The notes beneath the pieces were generated by a model. The model worked only from the letters and a program-made list of their open reading frames with translations. It did no database searches and was not told the DNA's origin. The translations under genes and the position numbers were made by a program. Source: Dehalococcoidia bacterium (GTDB lineage: Bacteria; Chloroflexota; Dehalococcoidia; Lucifugimonadales; Australimonadaceae). Taken from it: a DNA stretch of 64,000 bases. This document shows positions 1 through 8,512 of this stretch, piece after piece (the first letter of the stretch is position 1; the number at the start of each line of letters is the position of its first letter). Location: assembly GCA_965220205.1 (NCBI GenBank), contig OZ244812.1, forward strand, positions 1,705,678-1,769,677. The letters are read 5' to 3'.

Positions 1-51
1 CCGCCCCGCGGCTCGCCGTCATGGGCAGGCCGGGATCGGAGGGAGGCTGAT

Positions 52-636
52 ATGTATGGGCTCGGCGTTCTCAAGGGCCTTACGGTGACGCTCCGCAACC
101 TGGGGCGCAAGCCGGTCACGGTGCAGTACCCCGAACAGCACGCGAGCCAGCACGCGCGCTTCCGCGGCCAGGAGTTCACCTGGTACGAGGACCGTTGCAC
201 CGGCTGCGCGAGTTGCGCCAAGTACTGCCCGCTTGGCATCATCCGCATTGTGACCGACCCGCACGGCGGAGACGAGCAGGAGGGCGGCAGCTACCGCATC
301 GACGTATTCGACATCGACCAGGGCCGCTGCATGTACTGCGGCCTATGCGTCGAGGCGTGCCCGTACGACGCACTGCACATGGGCAGCAGTTTCGAGGCCT
401 CGCAGTACACGCGGGCTGATCTCGTCGTCAACGTCGAGGTGCTGAGGAAACGGGACAAGCACCCCAGCACCTGGTACCGTCCCCAGCTCGAGCGCAAACA
501 GTTCGACCCATTCCGGGACGAGCTCGCGGAGTGGGAATCGGCTGGCCGAGAGCCGTTCTTCTGGCACCCGAAGCGTCCGGCGGAGACGCCGGAGGACATG
601 GCGCAGAAGGCCAGCGCGGACGGCGACTACCAATAG
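52..636 (+). CDS. nuoI: NADH-quinone oxidoreductase subunit I (2x[4Fe-4S])
   Basis: 194-aa ORF with two ferredoxin-type cluster motifs (CTGCASCAKYCP, CMYCGLCVEACP). N-terminus MYGLGVLKGLTVTLRNL is typical of NuoI. Followed by nuoJKLMN. Confidence 0.93.
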   Translation: MYGLGVLKGLTVTLRNLGRKPVTVQYPEQHASQHARFRGQEFTWYEDRCTGCASCAKYCPLGIIRIVTDPHGGDEQEGGSYRIDVFDIDQGRCMYCGLCVEACPYDALHMGSSFEASQYTRADLVVNVEVLRKRDKHPSTWYRPQLERKQFDPFRDELAEWESAGREPFFWHPKRPAETPEDMAQKASADGDYQ

Positions 637-692
637 ACGCGCCCCAGCCGCCAAGTGCGCTGGGCGGCTCTGAGCGGCTGCAAGAGAGGAAA

Positions 693-1211
693 GTGGCGGA
701 CAACGCGTTCACGGAGGCTGTCTTCTGGCTGTTCGCGGCGGTCTCGGTCGCCGGGGCGCTGGGCGTCGTGCGCACCCAGAACATGTTCCGCGCCGCCTTG
801 ATGCTCGTTGTGAGCTTCCTGGGCGTGGCGGGCATCTTCGTGCTGGTCAACGCCGCTTTCCTAGCGGTCATCCAGGTGTTGGTGTACGCGGGCGGCGTAT
901 CGGTGTTGGTGATCTTCGCTGTCATGCTCACCAAGGACGTCGCCGAAGGGAACCGGAGCACGGGTGTGGCGCCCGTGGCCCTGCTGGCGGCGGTCAGCCT
1001 GCTCGCCGTGCTGATCGTTGTCGTCACGGGCGGCCAGTGGCAATTGCTGCCTGCCGACCTAGCGGGCTCAGCGATCGAAGCGGTGCTCGTCGACACGCCT
1101 GCCCACCTCGGGCGCGCACTGCTGAGCGACTTCGTGCTCGCGTTCGAGGTCGTCGGCATCGTGCTGCTCGCCGCGGTGATCGGAGCGTTGGCGCTGGTGA
1201 GGGAACGCTGA
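693..1211 (+). CDS. nuoJ: NADH-quinone oxidoreductase subunit J
   Basis: In-frame GTG at 693 after GAGAGGAAA. Product MADNAFTEAVFWLFAAVSVAG... is polytopic and hydrophobic (VLVYAGGVSVLVIFAVMLT). Sits between nuoI and nuoK. The part of the tracked ORF upstream of 693 is not hydrophobic. Confidence 0.85.
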   Translation: MADNAFTEAVFWLFAAVSVAGALGVVRTQNMFRAALMLVVSFLGVAGIFVLVNAAFLAVIQVLVYAGGVSVLVIFAVMLTKDVAEGNRSTGVAPVALLAAVSLLAVLIVVVTGGQWQLLPADLAGSAIEAVLVDTPAHLGRALLSDFVLAFEVVGIVLLAAVIGALALVRER

Positions 1212-1213
1212 GC

Positions 1214-1582
1214 ATGTTCGAACGGCTCCTCATCCTCTCAGCGGTATTGTTCTGTATCGGGCTCTACGGGGCGCTGTCGCGCCGGCACCTGATCGCGGTG
1301 CTCATCTCAATCGAGATCATGTTCAACGCGGTCAACGTTGCGCTCGTCGCAGCCTCGCGCTACGCGACGCCGGCGGAGCTGCGGGGAGTCGGAGCCGGGG
1401 CCGTGTCCGACGCCATGTCAGACCTGAGCTCGGCAGGGGCGCTGCTCGCGGGGCAGAGCTTCGCGGCGTTCGTCATCGTGATCGCGGCGGCGGAGGCGGC
1501 GCTCGGGCTCGCCCTCGTGATCGCGACGGTGCGCCGGCGGAACACGGTCGATGTGTCGGAGATCAATCTGATGCGCCAGTAG
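1214..1582 (+). CDS. nuoK: NADH-quinone oxidoreductase subunit K, with an extended TM2-TM3 loop
   Basis: ATG at 1214, 2 nt after the nuoJ stop. MFERLLILSAVLFCIGLYGALSRRHLIAVLISIEIMFNAVNVALV matches the NuoK N-terminal pattern. 122 aa, against about 100 aa for typical NuoK. Confidence 0.85.
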   Translation: MFERLLILSAVLFCIGLYGALSRRHLIAVLISIEIMFNAVNVALVAASRYATPAELRGVGAGAVSDAMSDLSSAGALLAGQSFAAFVIVIAAAEAALGLALVIATVRRRNTVDVSEINLMRQ

Positions 1583-1631
1583 GGCGGTCCACGCCCTCCC
1601 TTCCGGGAGCGGCCGGGCGAGGTGTAGCGGG

Positions 1632-1826
1632 ATGTGGGTCGATTACAAGACGGCGCCCAACCTGATGTTGGCCGAGATGTGGAAGGAGATCATCGAAGGG
1701 GAGGGCCTGCCTGTGCGTCTGCTGCCGGAGAGCGACATCCTCGACTACGGAGAGTCGACGCCGTTCCGCATCATGGTGCCGCGCGGCCGTGAGCACGTTG
1801 CGGACGAGATTCTCAGGAAGCTCTGA
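1632..1826 (+). CDS. Small soluble protein, DUF2007-like (putative signal-transducing fold), inserted between nuoK and nuoL
   Basis: 64-aa ORF filling the nuoK-nuoL gap on the same strand. Non-hydrophobic. The pattern APNLMLAEMWKEIIEGEGLPVRLL...PFRIMVPRGREHVADEIL resembles DUF2007-type small domains. The family assignment is by eye only. Confidence 0.45.
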   Translation: MWVDYKTAPNLMLAEMWKEIIEGEGLPVRLLPESDILDYGESTPFRIMVPRGREHVADEILRKL

Positions 1827-1844
1827 CGGCGGGAGCGCGCACGG

Positions 1845-3869
1845 ATGATACCTGAAGCCGCGGTCTGGGCGATCATCGGGCTGCCACTCGCAGCCGGCCT
1901 CATCATCATTGCCGCCCTCCGTCCCTGGACGCCCCGCGCGTGGCGCTACAGCGGCCTCGTGGCGACCGCGGGCATCGGCGCGGCGTTCGCGCTGAGCCTC
2001 TGGGCCCTCGACTCGGCGACCACGAGCGATGGGCCTGCCGGCTTCGCGCCCCGCCACTGGTTCACCGTCGGCGCCACGGACATCCAACCGGGATTCCGCA
2101 TGACCGTCGGCGTACTGCTGGACCCGCTCAACGCCGTCATGCTCGCGCTCGTGTCGGGTGTGAGCATGGTCGTGCAGGTGTACTCGCTCGGCTACATGCG
2201 CAAGGCGAACGAGGACGACGGCGGAGCGTGGGCGGACTACCCGCGCTATTTCGCGTACATGTCGCTGTTCACGGCCGCGATGCTGGGCCTCGTGCTCGCG
2301 TACAACCTCATCCAACTATTCGTGTTCTGGGAGCTGGTCGGGCTCATGTCTTACCTGCTGATCGGCTTCTGGCACGAGCGGCCTGCCGCAGCAGCAGCAG
2401 CGAAGAAGGCGTTCATCATCACACGCGTCGGGGACTTCGGCTTCCTGCTGGCGCTGATATGGCTATTCGTGAACCGCGGCGAGTTCGAGGCGTTGGGCGT
2501 CAACCCGTTCGAGATACCGACGCTGATCTCCGGCGAGGTGCTGCCGCTGTTGTCGGCCGGGCTCGTGACGTGGACGGCGCTCGGGGTGTTCGCGGGCGCC
2601 GCCGGCAAATCAGCCCAGCTTCCGCTAAATACGTGGCTCCCCGACGCGATGGAGGGTCCGACGCCCGTGAGCTCGCTGATTCACGCGGCGACGATGGTGG
2701 CTGCGGGCGTATTCCTGGTTGCGCGTCTCTTTCCGCTGTTCGAGCAGAGCAGCGGCGCGCTGAACACCGTCGCGTTGATCGGCGCAGTGACGGCGTTGGC
2801 CGCGGCGGCCATGGCGCTCGTGGCCAACGACATCAAGCGCGTGTTGGCGTTTTCGACGGTGAGCCAGCTCGGCTACATGTTCCTGGCGCTGGGAGTCGGC
2901 GCGCCTGGAGTGGCCATCTTCCACCTGTTCAACCACGCCTTCTTCAAGTGCCTGCTCTTCCTCGGAGCGGGGAGCGTGCACCACTCGGTGCAGACCTTCG
3001 ACATGCGGCGCATGGGCGGCTTGCGGCACTGGATGCCTGTGACCTACCTCACGATGGTCGTCGCGGCGTTGAGCTTGGCCGGCATCGCCCCGCTGGCGGG
3101 TTTCTGGAGCAAGGACGAGGTGCTCGCGTTCGCCTGGCAGGTCGAGAGCGCCGACCCCGGGCATGAGGCGATTGGGCAGGCCGTCTTCTGGGTGGGCCTC
3201 GTCGCATCGGGCCTGACCGGGTTCTACATCTTCCGGCTCATCTTCATGACGTTCCACGGCGAGTTCCGCGGCGGGATCGACGTCGTGCCACCGGACCAAC
3301 GGCTGCCCGGCGAAGAGGGTCAGCACGTCCACCGGAGCGAATCGCCGGCGTCGATGGTCCTGCCCATGATTGTCCTCGCGCTCTTCGCCGTCTTCTCGGG
3401 GCTCGTCGCCAACAGCTTCATCGAGCTGGGTCCGGTGCCTGCGCACTGGCTCGCCCACGCGCTGCACGCGGACACGCCCGCCTTCCACTGGCCGATCGCG
3501 GTTGCGTCGTCCGCGGTAGCGGCGACCGGCATCCTCGGCGCGGTGCTCGTCTACGGTGTGCGAACTGTCTCGCTGGCGGGGCTCCCGGCGCCGTTCCCGT
3601 TCCTGCGGCGCGTGCTCGAAGAGCGCTTCTACATGGACTACCTGTACGAGACAATCATCGTGCGCCGGGTGCTGTTCCGCGGCCTGTTCTCGCTGTCCGA
3701 CTGGACGGACCGCCGACTGGTGGACGGACTCGCCGACCTCGTGGCGCTCCTGGGGAGGAACGGCGGGCGGTTTGTGGCCCAGTTGCAAACCGGTCAGGTG
3801 CAAGCCTACGGAGTGGGCGTCGCCGTGGGCGTGATCGCCCTTCTCGGCGCCTTCATGGCGCAACGGTAA
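1845..3869 (+). CDS. nuoL: NADH-quinone oxidoreductase subunit L
   Basis: 674-aa polytopic protein with antiporter-like motifs (WLPDAMEGPTPVSSLIHAATMVAAGVFL, AFSTVSQLGYMF) and the long C-terminal extension typical of NuoL. Confidence 0.93.
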   Translation: MIPEAAVWAIIGLPLAAGLIIIAALRPWTPRAWRYSGLVATAGIGAAFALSLWALDSATTSDGPAGFAPRHWFTVGATDIQPGFRMTVGVLLDPLNAVMLALVSGVSMVVQVYSLGYMRKANEDDGGAWADYPRYFAYMSLFTAAMLGLVLAYNLIQLFVFWELVGLMSYLLIGFWHERPAAAAAAKKAFIITRVGDFGFLLALIWLFVNRGEFEALGVNPFEIPTLISGEVLPLLSAGLVTWTALGVFAGAAGKSAQLPLNTWLPDAMEGPTPVSSLIHAATMVAAGVFLVARLFPLFEQSSGALNTVALIGAVTALAAAAMALVANDIKRVLAFSTVSQLGYMFLALGVGAPGVAIFHLFNHAFFKCLLFLGAGSVHHSVQTFDMRRMGGLRHWMPVTYLTMVVAALSLAGIAPLAGFWSKDEVLAFAWQVESADPGHEAIGQAVFWVGLVASGLTGFYIFRLIFMTFHGEFRGGIDVVPPDQRLPGEEGQHVHRSESPASMVLPMIVLALFAVFSGLVANSFIELGPVPAHWLAHALHADTPAFHWPIAVASSAVAATGILGAVLVYGVRTVSLAGLPAPFPFLRRVLEERFYMDYLYETIIVRRVLFRGLFSLSDWTDRRLVDGLADLVALLGRNGGRFVAQLQTGQVQAYGVGVAVGVIALLGAFMAQR

Positions 3870-3881
3870 GGCGGGTGTGAC

Positions 3882-5363
3882 GTGCTGACCGCTGTCATCT
3901 TCTTCCCCGCCGTGGGCGCCGCGGTCGTCATGGCGGCCGGACGCAACCCGCGCGTCGCACGGTGGGTCGCGCTCGCCACGGTCGCGATCGAGCTCGTGCT
4001 TGCTATCGTTGTATTCGCGCGCTACGACCCGGGCGCAGGCGGATACGACCTCGTCGAGCGAGCCAGCTGGGTCGCCGCCTTCGACATCGAGTACCTGGTT
4101 GGCGTCGACGGGCTCAGCGCGCCCCTCGTGCTGCTGAACGGCATCCTCGGCGTCGCCGCCATGCTCGTGTCGTGGAACATTGCACACCGGGTGCGCGAGT
4201 ACTTCATGTGGCTCCTCGTGCTGCAAAGCGCCGTCATGGGCGTTTTCTTGTCGCTTGACCTCATCCTCTTCTTCGTGTTCTGGGAGCTCGAACTCCTGCC
4301 GATGTTCTTCCTGATCTCCATGTGGGGAACGGGCAGGCGCGAGTACTCGGCGATGAAGTTCGTGCTGTTCACCTTCCTCGGCTCGGCGTTCATGCTGGCG
4401 GCGATTCTGGCCATCTACTTCTCGCAGTCGGCCGCCGACCGGACGTTCGACATGACGGCGTTGGCGGACCAGGGCGTGACGGGAGGCGTCGTTCCGGCGT
4501 CGTTCATCTTCGCCGGCTTCCTCATCGCGTTCGCAGTCAAGCTGCCCATCTTCCCACTGCACACGTGGCTGCCCGACGCTCATACGGACGCCCCGACGGC
4601 TGTTAGCGTCATGCTGGCGGGCGTGCTGCTCAAGATGGGCGGGTACGGCCTCCTGCGCATCAACGCGGGACTCATGCCGGATGAGCTGAGGGAGTTCGCC
4701 CCATTGCTGGCGGCGTTGGCGGTGATCGGCGTGCTATACGGCGCGTTCATCGTCGTCATGCAGACCGACCTCAAACGGATGGTCGCCTACAGCTCGGTGA
4801 GCCACATGGGGTTTGTCGTGCTTGGCATCGCGTCCGCCGGCGCGGCCGCGGGCGAGATCAACGGCGTGGGGCTGAACGGCGCCGCGCTTCAGCTCTTCAC
4901 TCACGGCACAATCACCGGGTTGCTGTTCGTGGTGGTCGGCCTCGTGTACGAACGCGCGCATACGCGGCACATCCCCGACATGGGCGGGTTCGCCCGGAGC
5001 ATGCCGCTCATCGCCATAGGCTTCATGATTGCGGGCCTAGCCTCGCTGGGCCTGCCCACCACGTCCGGGTTCGTCGCGGAGATCATGGTGTTCTTCGGCA
5101 CGTTCCCGGTGTACGGGGCCGCCACGGGCCTGGCCGCCTTCGGCGTCGTGCTCGCCGCGGGCTACATCCTCTGGACCGTGCAACGCGTGTTGTTCGGCCC
5201 GCGCCTCGAACGGTGGGATGGGCTCACGGACGCGAAGCTCGTCGACGTCGGAGCGATCGTCGTCCTCGCAGCGCCGATCCTCGTCGTCGGACTCTACCCC
5301 CGGCTGCTCACCGACGTGTTCGACGCCGGCATCAGTCCGATCGTCCGCGGGTTGGGGGGCTGA
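3882..5363 (+). CDS. nuoM: NADH-quinone oxidoreductase subunit M
   Basis: 493-aa protein with FVFWELELLPMFFLISMWG and HTWLPDAHTDAPTAVSVMLAGVLLKMGGYG motifs. Sits between nuoL and nuoN. Confidence 0.93.
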   Translation: MLTAVIFFPAVGAAVVMAAGRNPRVARWVALATVAIELVLAIVVFARYDPGAGGYDLVERASWVAAFDIEYLVGVDGLSAPLVLLNGILGVAAMLVSWNIAHRVREYFMWLLVLQSAVMGVFLSLDLILFFVFWELELLPMFFLISMWGTGRREYSAMKFVLFTFLGSAFMLAAILAIYFSQSAADRTFDMTALADQGVTGGVVPASFIFAGFLIAFAVKLPIFPLHTWLPDAHTDAPTAVSVMLAGVLLKMGGYGLLRINAGLMPDELREFAPLLAALAVIGVLYGAFIVVMQTDLKRMVAYSSVSHMGFVVLGIASAGAAAGEINGVGLNGAALQLFTHGTITGLLFVVVGLVYERAHTRHIPDMGGFARSMPLIAIGFMIAGLASLGLPTTSGFVAEIMVFFGTFPVYGAATGLAAFGVVLAAGYILWTVQRVLFGPRLERWDGLTDAKLVDVGAIVVLAAPILVVGLYPRLLTDVFDAGISPIVRGLGG

Positions 5364-5365
5364 GC

Positions 5366-6880
5366 ATGGGCATCGAGGCGCGCGACCTCTTCCTCATTTC
5401 GCCCGAGCTCTCGCTCGTGGCGTTGGCTGCGATCGTCGTGCTGATCGACCTCGTAGCGAGGCGAGCGGGCGCAGCCGTAGTCGTGGGGCTCGTCGGCCTA
5501 GTCGCTCCCTTCGCCGCCGGCATCGGCCTGTGGAACGAGGTCCACGCCGCCGCCGACGCCGAGCTCGGTTTCAACGGATCGCTCGTGGTCGACAAGTTCG
5601 CGTTGTACTTCAAGTTCCTCATCCTGGGCGTGCTCGCCCTCGTCCTCCTCGCCGGCGCAGACCACCTCAAACGCTTCCGCCCCTACGAAGCGGAGTTCGT
5701 CGCGCTGGTCCTCTTCTCGTCGGCAGGGCTCATGCTGCTTCCCGCGTCGGCCGACCTGATCACGCTGTACGTGTCGTTGGAGCTCGCCTCGCTGCCCGTC
5801 GTGGCGCTTGCGGCATTCGCGAAGTCACAGGCGCGCTCCGTTGAGGCGGGGATGAAGTACCTGGTCCTCTCCGCGATCGCGTCCGCGGTGTTGCTGTACG
5901 GCTTCGCATTCATCTACGCCGCGACCGGGAGCATCCGGCTGATCCCGCTGGACGGCGGACCGACGATCGCGGGGATCGCCTTGGCGGGCGACGACGGATC
6001 GCCCTTCGGGAGCTTGGCGCTCATGGCGGGCGCCGTCATGGCGGCGGCGGGGTTCGGCTTCAAGCTCTCGATGGCCCCCTTCCAGATGTGGACGCCCGAC
6101 GTCTACGAGGGAGCGCCGACGCCCGTTGCCGCGTTCCTCGCGGTAGCGAGCAAAGCCGCCGCGTTCGCCGTGGTCCTGCGCGTCTTCTACGCCGCCTTCC
6201 CGGGCGACCTCAGCGCTGACTGGTCCATCATGTACGCGGCGCTCGCAGTCGTCACGATGAGCGTTGGGAACGTCGTTGCCATCGCGCAGTCCAACATCAA
6301 GCGGCTGTTGGGTTACAGCGCGATCGCGCAGGCGGGATACGTGCTCATCGGCGTCGCGGCGGTCGCGGGACGCAGCCCGGATGCCGCCAACGAGGTCCTC
6401 GGGGTCAGCAGCGTGCTGTTCTACCTCGGCGGCTACGCGGCCATGAACCTGGCGGCGTTCTTCGCCGTCATTGTCATCACGGACCGGACCGCCAACGACC
6501 GGATCGACGGTCTCGCGGGGATGGGCTACCGCTCGCCGGCGTTGGCCGCCGTGCTCGCCTTTGCACTCCTATCGCTGACCGGCTTGCCGCCCACGGTAGG
6601 GTTCATGGGCAAGCTGTTCCTGTTCAACGCAGCCGTGAACGCGGACCTGACATGGCTGGCGGTAGTGGGCGTCGTCAACAGCGTCGTGTCCGCCTACTAC
6701 TACATCGGTGTCGTGCGCGTCATGTATCTGCGGTCGGCCGAGGACGACTCCATCGTCAGCGCGGGCATTCCGGCGCGGGTCGCCATCGGCGTCGCCGCCG
6801 CGGGCGTGCTGGTGCTCGGCCTGTGGCCGGGCGGCCTGCTCAGCGTAGCCAGAACAGCCGCCGACTCCCTGCTTGCTTAG
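5366..6880 (+). CDS. nuoN: NADH-quinone oxidoreductase subunit N
   Basis: ATG at 5366, 2 nt after the nuoM stop. MGIEARDLFLISPELSLVALAAIVV... with the FQMWTPDVYEGAPTPVAAFLAVASKAA motif. The upstream part of the tracked ORF overlaps nuoM. Confidence 0.9.
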   Translation: MGIEARDLFLISPELSLVALAAIVVLIDLVARRAGAAVVVGLVGLVAPFAAGIGLWNEVHAAADAELGFNGSLVVDKFALYFKFLILGVLALVLLAGADHLKRFRPYEAEFVALVLFSSAGLMLLPASADLITLYVSLELASLPVVALAAFAKSQARSVEAGMKYLVLSAIASAVLLYGFAFIYAATGSIRLIPLDGGPTIAGIALAGDDGSPFGSLALMAGAVMAAAGFGFKLSMAPFQMWTPDVYEGAPTPVAAFLAVASKAAAFAVVLRVFYAAFPGDLSADWSIMYAALAVVTMSVGNVVAIAQSNIKRLLGYSAIAQAGYVLIGVAAVAGRSPDAANEVLGVSSVLFYLGGYAAMNLAAFFAVIVITDRTANDRIDGLAGMGYRSPALAAVLAFALLSLTGLPPTVGFMGKLFLFNAAVNADLTWLAVVGVVNSVVSAYYYIGVVRVMYLRSAEDDSIVSAGIPARVAIGVAAAGVLVLGLWPGGLLSVARTAADSLLA

Positions 6881-6943
6881 GCGACGACATGCCATAGGCG
6901 CAGCCAACAAGCAGCATGCGAGTGCAATTTCTCAGAAGTCGTC

Positions 6944-7297
6944 GTGGAGCATCGTCGAATGGAAACACCGAAGATCGCGGACAAAGTCAGGTTCTGGGAG
7001 GAGCAAGACCGCATCAACAAGGAACTCATACCACGCGTGCTGAAGCAACACGAGTTGCTCACCGCGCACGTTGAGCATCACACCCACGCCGACCCTGAGG
7101 CCAGAGCGCAGATAAAGACGCTGGAACAGGAAACGGCGGCCCAGATGAAGACGTTGGAAGAGAGCACCGTGTCACGGATACGGACGCTCGAAGAGAGCGC
7201 GGCGGCGGCGGTGCGCTCCGCCAAGCGTCAGTCGCTGATCGTCTCCTTCACTAGCTTCGCCGTGGCCATCGCGGCGATCGTTCTTGCGCTTACGTAG
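6944..7297 (+). CDS. Hypothetical tail-anchored coiled-coil protein
   Basis: 117-aa ORF in an AT-richer stretch. Charged helical body with three 11-residue repeats (QIKTLEQETAA, QMKTLEESTVS, RIRTLEESAAA). Single C-terminal TM helix LIVSFTSFAVAIAAIVLAL. Confidence 0.55.
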   Translation: MEHRRMETPKIADKVRFWEEQDRINKELIPRVLKQHELLTAHVEHHTHADPEARAQIKTLEQETAAQMKTLEESTVSRIRTLEESAAAAVRSAKRQSLIVSFTSFAVAIAAIVLALT

Positions 7298-7308
7298 GGC
7301 GCGCGCGC

Positions 7309-8445
7309 ATGGAATCGCTCTCCTTACTGCTGGAACTCCAGGCGCTGCCCTCTATCGAAGAGGCCGGCGAGCTCGCCCCCGCGGAGATGATGTCGCGAGT
7401 CCGGGCGATGGACCGAGACAACTTCGCCATCGAGGTCTCGATTGCCGTCGAGGAGGGGCTGGAAGCCCTGTTCGACGCTCGCAATGTGGGCGACCACTTG
7501 TCAACGGCCTATGGCGAGGTCTTTCCGAACGCGGCGTCTGATCATGAGTCCATGTACGATCACTACCTGGCGATGCTGGCGAAAGGGGAGGCGTCAGTAA
7601 CGGGCTTCATCAACCCGTTGAAGGGCAGGCTCGCAGAGTTCGAGGCCGAGTCCGTACTGGAAGAACGATTCCCCGGTTGGAACTTCACCCTTGCTCGCGA
7701 CCCGACGCAGCCGGACTGGGACCTGCAGGGAATAGGCCCGGAGGGTCAAGAGATGCTGGTCCAGATCAAGACCGGCGCGGCAAGTTATGTCGGCGACGTG
7801 TTGGAGCGCATGGAGGGGAGTCCCGACATAGCGTTCGCCGTTAGCGGCAACCTGTTCGCTCAGCTGACCGAGAAGGCGTCGGAATTGTCACACCTGCTCA
7901 TAAACCTTGACGTTAGCAACCACGAATTCACTACTGAGGCTAGAGAAGGTCTGGGAACACTGGCCGCGAACATGGGCATCGACGTTCCCGACTCGATCGG
8001 AGAAGTGTTGCCGTACGTCGGCGAGGTCGTGCTCGGCATCAAGCTCATTCACAGCATCGTCTCGACGGAGCGGACGCTCCGGGGCGAGGCGCTGTCCGAC
8101 CGCTCCCGCGTGCATGGCGTTCAGACGCTGGCGTTGATGACGCGATTCGGCGTCGCGTCGGTATGCGGGATGGCGGGCGCGGCAGGCGGCGGCGCGGCAG
8201 GCACATTTGTGCTGCCGGGCGTCGGGTCGCTTGGGGGATCACTCGCCGGCGGGGTTGCCGGCGCGGGCTTCGCAATGGCGCTGAACCGGAAGCTCCAGCC
8301 TCACATAGAGGACGTCGCCGTCCGGCTGGTTGGCGGGGACCCGGACGACCTGCTCTACCTGATGAACAAGCTGGCAATCGACGAGATAGGAGAGTCGTTG
8401 GCCGCCACCGAACTCGGAGGGCTGGCTCGATTGACACCCCTATAG
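7309..8445 (+). CDS. Hypothetical protein: Mrr-like PD-(D/E)xK nuclease-fold core plus C-terminal glycine-zipper membrane hairpin
   Basis: 378-aa ORF starting 11 nt after the previous ORF. GRLAEFEAESVLEERFPGWNF...QPDWDLQG...EMLVQIKTG matches the helix/strand/D...QxK layout of Mrr-type nuclease cores. GVASVCGMAGAAGGGAAGTFVLPGVGSLGGSLAGGVAGAGFAMAL is a glycine-zipper hydrophobic segment. Assignment is by eye. Confidence 0.6.
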   Translation: MESLSLLLELQALPSIEEAGELAPAEMMSRVRAMDRDNFAIEVSIAVEEGLEALFDARNVGDHLSTAYGEVFPNAASDHESMYDHYLAMLAKGEASVTGFINPLKGRLAEFEAESVLEERFPGWNFTLARDPTQPDWDLQGIGPEGQEMLVQIKTGAASYVGDVLERMEGSPDIAFAVSGNLFAQLTEKASELSHLLINLDVSNHEFTTEAREGLGTLAANMGIDVPDSIGEVLPYVGEVVLGIKLIHSIVSTERTLRGEALSDRSRVHGVQTLALMTRFGVASVCGMAGAAGGGAAGTFVLPGVGSLGGSLAGGVAGAGFAMALNRKLQPHIEDVAVRLVGGDPDDLLYLMNKLAIDEIGESLAATELGGLARLTPL

Positions 8446-8512
8446 GCCGTCGCTAGACTCGTGGCGGCGGGCTCGGCTGGCCGCCCGTTCATTTCGAGAC
8501 CGGGAGGCGGAG

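Noticed and set aside
1-50. Possible 3-prime end of nuoH (frame ending at TGA 48-50)
   Set aside because: Only 16 codons are visible, with no diagnostic motif. Position alone is insufficient.
2625-4583. 652-aa minus-strand ORF antisense to nuoL/nuoM. Similar long antisense ORFs: 428-1159, 8489-9772, 20241-21503, 53301-54656.
   Set aside because: Arg/Glu/His/Asp/Gly-rich, low-complexity translations with no motifs, lying entirely opposite well-supported genes. These are the typical stop-codon-poor shadow frames of high-GC DNA.
8463-8485. Hairpin GGCGGC-11nt-GCCGCC after the 378-aa hypothetical gene, as a terminator
   Set aside because: The stem is short (6 bp), the loop is large and the T-tract is poor (CGTTCATTTC). 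It lies only about 28 nt before the next gene's RBS. Too weak to call.
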